64,000 nt of DNA. It comes from Paramecium tetraurelia. Its lineage: Eukaryota. This document shows, piece after piece, positions 55,675 to 64,000 of the stretch. The DNA is taken from assembly GCA_000165425.1 (NCBI GenBank), contig CT868002.1, positions 62,001 to 126,000 of the forward strand, written 5' to 3'. Numbering within the stretch: the stretch's first letter is position 1; each line of letters begins with the position of its first letter. The notes below the pieces were generated by a model. It was not told the DNA's origin and made no database searches. It worked only from the letters and a program-made list of their open reading frames with translations. A program made the translations under genes and the position numbers.

Positions 55675-58083
55675 ATGCTTCCTTCGAAAACTTCTCTTTA
55701 TGAAAACATTGAAGAAGCTTGTACTAACATTTTAGAGAAAAACATAGATGTTAGTTTGCAATAAAAATCAAAGATCAATAGGTTTTCATTATCAAATTAT
55801 TATAGGGAAATTGATGAATATATTAAAAATTAAAACAACGATTAGTAATAATAAGAGGCCAAGATGTTTATCAAAGTGGCATTAGATTGCATAAAGAAAC
55901 ATTATGCAAAAAATGTAAATGAAGAAATTATGTATGATAGATTCTCCCTAAATTCTAAGATAAATATAAGGATGCTTTATATCATGTTGAAACATTCCTT
56001 CAGATACATACAACCTTCGTGAAATCTATGAAATCATTCAAATTCCTGTTGTATTAGGCTGTAATCAAATCTAAATTATTATTAAGGCGCAAAACTTAGA
56101 ATAAGAGAGCATTCCAGGGTTTTACTCAAGCTTGTTCGATAATATATTTGTTCAGGAGTTGTAAATGGTGTTTAAAAGTGTTTTGTTTAAATGTGTGGTT
56201 GATATGATTAAGACTGTAATTTTGAGTGAGATATAATTTTTAGGCTTGCGAAGAGGAACAAAAGCAATTAAAAATTAGCGATTTGCTTTATAAATTTGGG
56301 AATGTCATGTCCTAATTATAAAAATCAACTGAAGAACTTTTAGATTTTAAAATCGAACAAGAATTTAAATAAAAAATATTTGATTATTTCGAAGAGAAAT
56401 ATTAATAGAATTATAAATCCTGGCATCAAAGCTTAAACACCTAGATGTATTTGAGGAAGGTTTAACAACAGAAGGAGATTAATGAGAAGGTCTTGAAGTT
56501 TGGAGATAAGACAATCTTGGAATAGGTGAATAGAATACTCAATTCGCATCTATTAACTTACTATAAGCCATACTTATTGGCAGATACTAACCCCAATAAT
56601 TTCGAACATCTTTTGAATGAATTTCACAAAGAACCTGTACTTTAATTATAGAACCTAAAATTGATTGGAGATTTATATGGCAGTTTGGATGATCATTATG
56701 ATTAGATAACCACCAATTTTAAGAATATTATAACTTAAGAAGGCCAGGCAATCATGTAAAAAAAGAATCATTAGATTGTTGAAACCAATTAAGATTAAAT
56801 ATTTTCAGATCCAGCCTTTATTGGATAATTTTATAGTCTCTATTAGAAATATTCGTTATTGATAGAAAGTTGTTTTGCTTAAAAATCAGATTTCATCATG
56901 GCTTTAAATAATGCATTTGAATCATTTATCAATTTGCCCATTGGAGTAATTATATTTATGATATTCTAAGAATCATGAGTTTGCTGATTATCTTGTGACC
57001 TTCATAGGCGAATAGATAGAATTGCTAAGGAATTCACCAAAGAATGCTACAAAATCACCTGAATAGATAGTAAAGTTGTTTGTATTTATAAATCAAAAGG
57101 CTAGATTTTTAAAAGTATTAAAAATGTTTATCAAATTAGTTATATAAAATATCATTGGCTTAAAGATTAATAAAATATTAAAGGCAAGTGGAGGCAAAGA
57201 AAAATAAACAAGCTTGTACGATTGAGATGAATATAGTTGAGGAGATGGAAAAAAAATGTGGTGCTCAGGATTTGGAATCATTGAAAATAATGATCAAAGA
57301 TTTCTAGAAGACTGAAAATGAAGTAACTAAAATCCAAGAAGAAAAAGGATTATACAAACTATAAATTCAACCACCCATCATTATTAATAAATAGCATTGG
57401 CCAGAAATAGATGAAATTTAATTAAATTTACAATCAGAAATAATCACTTAGCAAAAGGAGATTATAGCTAAGAGATAATAGCAAAAGACTTTGATATGGT
57501 TAGATCTAATCTCTTATGTTGAAATATAATCTACTGAAAAAGCATTGACATTTAATTTAAGTGTTCCACAAGCAGTCATCTTATTGCTTTATCAATACAG
57601 AAATGATATTCTAGATGTGAATCGCATATCATCCTTAACTGGGTTGAAGGAACAATATGTTATTCATAATTGTAAAATGATGAAGGATGCCAAAATATTG
57701 GATGAACAAATTGTCAATGACTAAATTTGCTATCAATTTAATGAAAACTTAACCAAGTAAAAAAAAGGAAAATCCAAGAAAATTGTTACTGAAACATACT
57801 TCCCTTAGAATTAGGTTGAATAAGGTAATATATCCATTTACAAATTTTAGTTGTGTCTGTCTATGATAAGGATTTGGCTATTGAGGCAGCTATTGTGAAA
57901 ATCATGAAGAAACAAAAAGAGATGCAATTCAGTGATTTAGTAATATAAGTGTAAGGACACATGAAGAAAAATTAAAATGTTGAAATTCCTTTTGCCTAAA
58001 TTAAATAAATGATAGAAAGATTATAACGAAACGAATACTTAGAAAGAGATGCAAATAATATGTAATTGATAAAATATAAATGA
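55675..58083 (+). CDS. Divergent cullin-family protein
   Basis: C-terminal neddylation domain IEAAIVKIMKKQK...IERLQRNEYLERD; cullin homology segment EKKCGAQDLESLKIMIKD. Several short introns. Confidence 0.85.
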
Positions 58084-58140
58084 CTTAATTAATAGAACAT
58101 ATCATTAAATATATACAAATCACATTTAAGCATAATTAAT

Positions 58141-61116
58141 TCATTTCTTTTTTCTTAATTATTTATCTCTCCTTTATTAGTTTTCTAGATATTCCTAATA
58201 AAATTAACTAATCAAATACTTTATGTTTCATAGTTAACTCAAAATCATTAAGTTACCAAGACACCAAATCCAATCTATTTTATGAATCGGAAGCTAGTGG
58301 ATACTACTCCGGATAAACCTCAAAAGGAAAGTCTGTCATAATATTAAAAGTGTTTCTCTCGTCAACATTGAAATTTTTACCTTCAGATTGCCACCTTATA
58401 TTATAACATTATAATTACAATCCATCAATTTTACTCAAAGCAGGATATTTTTAAGCAGAACCTTGCAATCCCTAATACTTTTTATATCCTAACTTTTTCC
58501 ATCTCGAGACTTCCTTCTCATCAATTTTATATATGGAACCTTGAAAATAATCCAATGGCATCTTTTTCCCAAACAATCCGCAAGGAGGATTGAAGTACAA
58601 CTCTCCCAAATATTCATTTACATAATCAATACAATAAATGGGACCCTCCAAATAAAATATTCTATCTCCAATTGTTATACCACCCAAATAACCTTTGCAA
58701 TTATTGAATTCAATCTTTGTACCGTTTTCAAACTCCAAATTTACCTTACCAAAATTTTAACCCGTAATTGAATTTAAACCTAAATTGGCTTAAGTTTCAA
58801 AATGTCCATTAATATTGTACCCTTGTCCATACATCATAAATGCAGCAATCGGTGGGTGATGACTAATCTGTTCTAGATAGAGGGGGCAACCTTTAATCCA
58901 ACATTAAAAGGTCTCACCAAGAATTGGGTTGAAAGGTTTTTCTAAGGATAGATACAATATATTGATTGATACAATGAAGGCTAATGCGGCTTTCATTTAA
59001 TCAAGTGGAGTACTATTAACTACAGGCTCTAAGAAATGAGGAGCATAAGAAAAAGAGCTAGCGAATCTTTGTAGGTTAGTTCTTCTCTCAAAAATGTGGA
59101 CAGGAAGAGAAATATGAAGTATGCTTGTCCTTAGTAGACTTTGGCCAATTTTTTATAAGATATAATACAAGACCTTCTTTTATTAAGCTAACTTTTCATC
59201 ATTTACAAATTTCAAATAGCCCTTCTAAGCATCGTATACCCAATCTGATTAATAGAAAAAGTGCTTTCCATCCTTATCTTTTTCATATCTTTCTAATTAA
59301 ATGTTGTGTTGCGGTTTGGTTTGATAATAATGAATTTATTAAAGATGATGCACTTGTTGTTCAATATCTAAAAGTCTATCACATAAAAATTAATGCAATG
59401 ACTCTTTTGTATATTTGGAGATTTGATAAAATTATTATATATTGTCATTTTTTAGATTTGATGTTATTCGTTATTATTCTGATCGAATATCCTCCTAAAG
59501 AAAGGAATCTCTATTTTAATTGTCTCCATCCAAAGAAAAGTTATCATTTAATTGGCTCGTTTAAGATGATAAATTTGGTGATACAGTTTAATCTTATTAA
59601 GCAGATCTAACACCTTAGGATTTAAATGTTCTTTTTATTTATTTATTTTTAAGTTGTTCATATCTATTAATCAAGCTCATGGCCTCACTTACAAATATTG
59701 GTAAATTAACATTACCAATTTATTACCTTCTATTTTCTTCCTTTAAGAATTATTTGTAATTTTGATATTGTTGAATGTAATTCAAAATTAACTGTTAATC
59801 TTAATGTTAAGTAATATAGCCCTTGTTATAGACAAGAGTGTCAACAATCATAATTTTACTTTGAAGATCTTACATAAAAATTCCTATTATATTCCATTCA
59901 ATAGATCCATCATTTTCATGGTTTTCGTATGATTTTTCTATAATGAAAAAGGAATCTTTGACTGGGTAAATATATCTCAAGAACTTGAAGGCTCTAGGTT
60001 AATGAATAAAACTTAAGGGTTCTCTGATTTCTTCTATTTATGCTAAGAATGGAGTTGCTTAGAGTATGATGGATTGATTTTTGACTTGCTTGTTCCATTT
60101 CATCAGGGAATAGGGATCATAAAGTGAGGTTATTAGTATTTCAAGGGATGTTTTTGGTAGGGACACATAAACTCTAAAATTATTTTTGTTTAATTTTGAT
60201 TGCATTATCCTGGCACAATGTTCAAATGAAATGAGAGAAAAGTCATGATCATCCATTAGGAATTCAAGATTCAACTTTTCTTTAAGAGTCTCAAAAATAA
60301 CGGGTAAATTTTCTTGTATAATTTGTTCTTCTATAATTATTGCTTCATGTTCTATATATTGTAATTATGATTTGGACTAAGCGATTTATTTGGTAATCTT
60401 TGTGTCATCAGCTTGCTTTCTCTTAATGGTTGCTGTGCGATATCTGTCTCTTGTATCGAAATTCTTGGCTTCAACTTCTAACTCATTTTTTAAGATTATT
60501 GTTTTAGATCGTTCCACATTTTCTTATTTGCAACATGTTTGGAAGTATTCAATCCACTTAGCGATTTCTTCCTTATCTTCACTCCCTATGATGATGTCTT
60601 TGATCTAAGCATTTGGATCTCGACATAATAATTCATATTGATATCTGCCTCTTAAATAGCCTCGGTAATTAATTAGAAATTCCGTCAAATCTATTAAGTA
60701 GGGTTTTTCCTTTGGATTTTGTCGATGAATCATCAATTCTCTTATGTCTAGATCAATTTCAATCTTTTTCCTTGACCATAAAATGGTACTTTTACCCAAA
60801 ATATCAATTTCACCAACCACTTTCTTTTGTTTGAAGAATAGATTGAATAAACTAATCAGCAATTCAATTTTGGATTCCTTGTTAAGTTTGAATAATTAAT
60901 TTAATTCGTCAAATGTTAGTTAATCGTAGTCCAATGAATTGAGTTCCAGAGTTGGATCAAGAAGCGAATTCTAAAGTAGTTCCATCTTTTAGACAAATTT
61001 AATTGGTATTGCTCTCTGAGTTGATGGCTCTGCTCATAAAGTAAATTGATACTTTGTGAAACTCTAGAAATACGATTGAACATTGGTTGTAATTTCTCCA
61101 TTTCGTCGGAATTCAT
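58141..61116 (-). CDS. PH-like + START-like + oxysterol-binding (ORD) lipid-transfer protein; alternatively two genes, 59677-61116 and 58141-59661
   Basis: ORD motifs ISLPVHIFE, KPFNPILGETF and EQISHHPP. PH-like EEIAKWIEYF and START-like LYDPYSLMKWNKQV..PRAFKFLR. Intron 59664-59688 joins the frames. Confidence 0.75.
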
Positions 61117-61227
61117 TAATTACAAATAAAATATTATTTTATAAAAACAAATCATATTATTACATACTATTCAATCTTATAAACTGGTGCAGATTTGTAT
61201 AAAGGCCATTCATTATTATATTTTTTG

Positions 61228-61613
61228 ATGAATTGTGTTTAAATAAACAACAACTAAGAATGGAAGGAGCACGTCATGAGCTGTTAAAAACCAGTTGTTG
61301 TTAGTTTTTTTGCTGAATGGTAACGATATTGAAATTAATCCATTATAGGTGTGCCCCATGTCATAAGTTGAATCCTCAACTCATTCAAGAAGCTTAGAAG
61401 AATTGTGAAAAATGGTAGCTAGCCCTAGTTAATGTTGACAATGAAGAACTTTACGATGTTGTGCAACAAATAGCGGTATAGTTTAATATTGATTTAATTT
61501 AGAAGGCCTAAATTCCATCTGTTCATCTTCTTAATAGAGGAACTTCTATTGATTCTATGACTGGATATAGCGAAAGAAAAACCAAATCCTTTATAAATAG
61601 GGTTTGCAGTTGA
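61228..61613 (+). CDS. Thioredoxin (WCAPC)
   Basis: PVVVSFFAEW|CAPCHKLNP..LVNVD..IPSV with two short introns; the first splits the Trp codon. Confidence 0.92.
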
Positions 61614-61655
61614 TTTTAATTACTCCTTTAAACATGTCTTTTATAAAATAAATTA

Positions 61656-62182
61656 TCAAATAGAAGGACGTATTTGTCCATTTAACTTTGAGAACAATGC
61701 CTTTCTTTAGGTAACGTGAAACTGATTTTAAAGTTCTAAATTTTGCGCCTGCCTTAATTGCCTTCTCACTTCACCTCGTATTTCGTCCAGCACTCTCTCG
61801 CCATCAGATTCCCACAAAGCTTCCTTAATAATGAAGCCATCTTCCAAGGAAGGGTGAAACAGATTTTTGAACATGTAATACTCACGATTGATGTTACTGA
61901 TTTGAATTATACTGTCAAATAGTTTTTCATATTTCTCTCTTTCCTCAGGTTCTTCCATTTTATGAGGAGCATAAATAGGAGGACTGATAGGATGTTTATA
62001 TGGGATTCTAGAAAACTATTTCAATATGAAATGTTTCTCACATATTCAGGATAATCTGACTAGAAATCAAAAGGATGATAACTTAAAATGGTCTTTCCAA
62101 TTATTATTAATACAACACCTTTCATTAGTCCCCTTGTTATTGAAATCCCAATCTCAGGTTTAAGAATTTAGAAATATTGCAT
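61656..62182 (-). CDS. Hypothetical protein (alternative start at 62125)
   Basis: Open in code 6 after one 26-nt GTG..TAG intron; includes ORF-track segment MEEPEEREKY; ends QIRPSI*. Confidence 0.65.
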
Positions 62183-63362
62183 AAATTAAATAATCTTAAA
62201 TAATTTAGTGTAATTCTTTCTAAGTCTTATATTTCTGCGTCTAATAAAAAAAATTTTAAATTTATCTTAAATATTTAGATGTTCTATATCAAATACTAGT
62301 TATTTATCAAACCATTCTAAAATTCTTTATTGTGATAACACAAAATAAATTTTACAACTTTTCGTTATTAATTTTCAAATTTACACAAAACTCTTAATCG
62401 AATAATTTGCGTTACTATTTATTTTTTTTGGTACCAGCCTATTGCAATTACTAAATTTCTCTCTTTTTTTAATCAAATTACTTTCAAACAGTTAATCAAA
62501 TATGAAAATTATCATGGTATTTAGATAGTCAGAGAAAGATCTAAAATGACTTAAAAACTTATGACCTATTATATTTTATGATTTTAGTAGAAACATGAAA
62601 TATAAAGCTCTTAATTATAGAAATCAAATCTTCTATTGTTTTTAAAGTATCAAATATTGTTTCTTAATTAATTCCATTATGAATTATTTCACTCTAAGAT
62701 TTCATGACTCTAAGCTGGAGCGTAAATATCAAGAAAATTATTCAAATGAACTCTATGATGCTTTTAAATACACGATGCTTTTACTCTCTTTATCAAATAT
62801 AGTTCTTAGCATATTTTGGATTTAAAGGTAACAATTTACTCTTGGATGCATGATGATCATTATCTGCTTGGGATAAACAATTACATTCTACTACATACTT
62901 ATTAAAAAACGATTTATCACTCTAGTTGGCTACCTAATTTCCATCCTTAGTTTACTTTCATCATTTTATCAATTTCTGCCATATTTTTATACAGAATTTC
63001 AATAAAACGAATTCATTTGGATATTTGATATCTCCTAATTCATGGCACTGAATTTTGCTTTATGCCCAAATTATATATTAAATCAGTTTCTTTAGTTTCT
63101 ATTTGTTTCATCTCGATTATTTATGAGGAACTTTGCATATTTGAATCCATATTCCTTTATTTTCATATTATATTTGATACTATTTTGGTAAAAAGAGTAT
63201 TTCAGATAAAAGCATAACAGAAATTAATTTTTCTTAAAAGAACAGTAAAAATAATCTTTGTATTTATGGGATACCCTAATCTAAGAAAAAATAGTGTTAT
63301 TATCCTATGATGAGACTTGGAATAAGATTGATTTAGTATTTGCGAATTCATCAATCAAATAA

Positions 63363-64000
63363 ATGATTGATTTAGATTCTAAAGAATTTTTAAAAGATTT
63401 TAGGATTTCCAATATTAAAACAAATTTTTATCAATATTTATTAGACCGGATTCAAGATAAGACGTTTCAATTTCAAGTGAAAGTTGTACACATTTCAAAA
63501 AAGAAATATGTAATAGATTGCATAATGAATAAATTAATTGAATTGAATATATCATTAAAATTTTCAGAAGTCTAATTAGAGAAGGAGTATTAAAATAATT
63601 ATTCCTATCTCAAGCTGTTAAAAAAGATTAAAATGATAGACAAATAACTCTACTATAATGAAATCCAAAAACACATTATATAATAGTCATACTACTTAAA
63701 AAATGTAACAATAGATTAAGTTGAGTAACTAACTCTTTCTAAGTTGCGGGCTTTTATCAATTTTATATTGAAGAAAAATCCTACAAAGGTCTTATTTCAC
63801 CTGCAGCAGTTTAATACAATTTTGCCCCTAGTCTTTACTTTGATTAGTTGTCTAAAAAAATTATATTAAATTAAGGAAATTCATTTTATAGAATTGAACT
63901 AAAACGAAATCAACTTTATTCTAATTGGAAGAGAGAAAAAAAAACTCCCTGAAACGAGAGTGGAAATTTGCAAAAAAATAATCAATCATATTGTGGATTA
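63363..64000 (+). CDS. Hypothetical protein, 3'-partial
   Basis: No TGA in frame from MIDLDSKEF to the window end (~212 codons in code 6). Confidence 0.55.

Overview
This is AT-rich eukaryotic DNA from a ciliate macronuclear-type genome, almost certainly Paramecium. TAA/TAG read as Gln, TGA is the stop, genes are densely packed and introns are 20-30 nt GT..AG. The supplied standard-code ORF track therefore fragments real genes and is mostly misleading. Reading by eye with genetic code 6 gives about 30 protein genes. These include two Cys-rich surface-protein paralogues (one disrupted), bZIP and Myb factors, an Elongin-B-like protein, an SPX-EXS phosphate exporter, DYRK and Aurora-like kinases, CIA1, a mitochondrial carrier, a PH+NlpC/P60-type enzyme, two WD40 proteins, an STPG-repeat protein, a macro-WWE-PARP, a LamG-like repeat protein, MATE, a pseudo-lipase, a cullin and thioredoxin. 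Highlight 1 is an apparently independently transcribed U17/snR30-type H/ACA snoRNA between DYRK and CIA1. Highlight 2 is a probable single PH-START-OSBP lipid-transfer gene joined by a 25-nt intron. Highlight 3 is a PARP14-like mono-ADP-ribosyltransferase. All calls are manual; no database search was run and exon boundaries are inferred.
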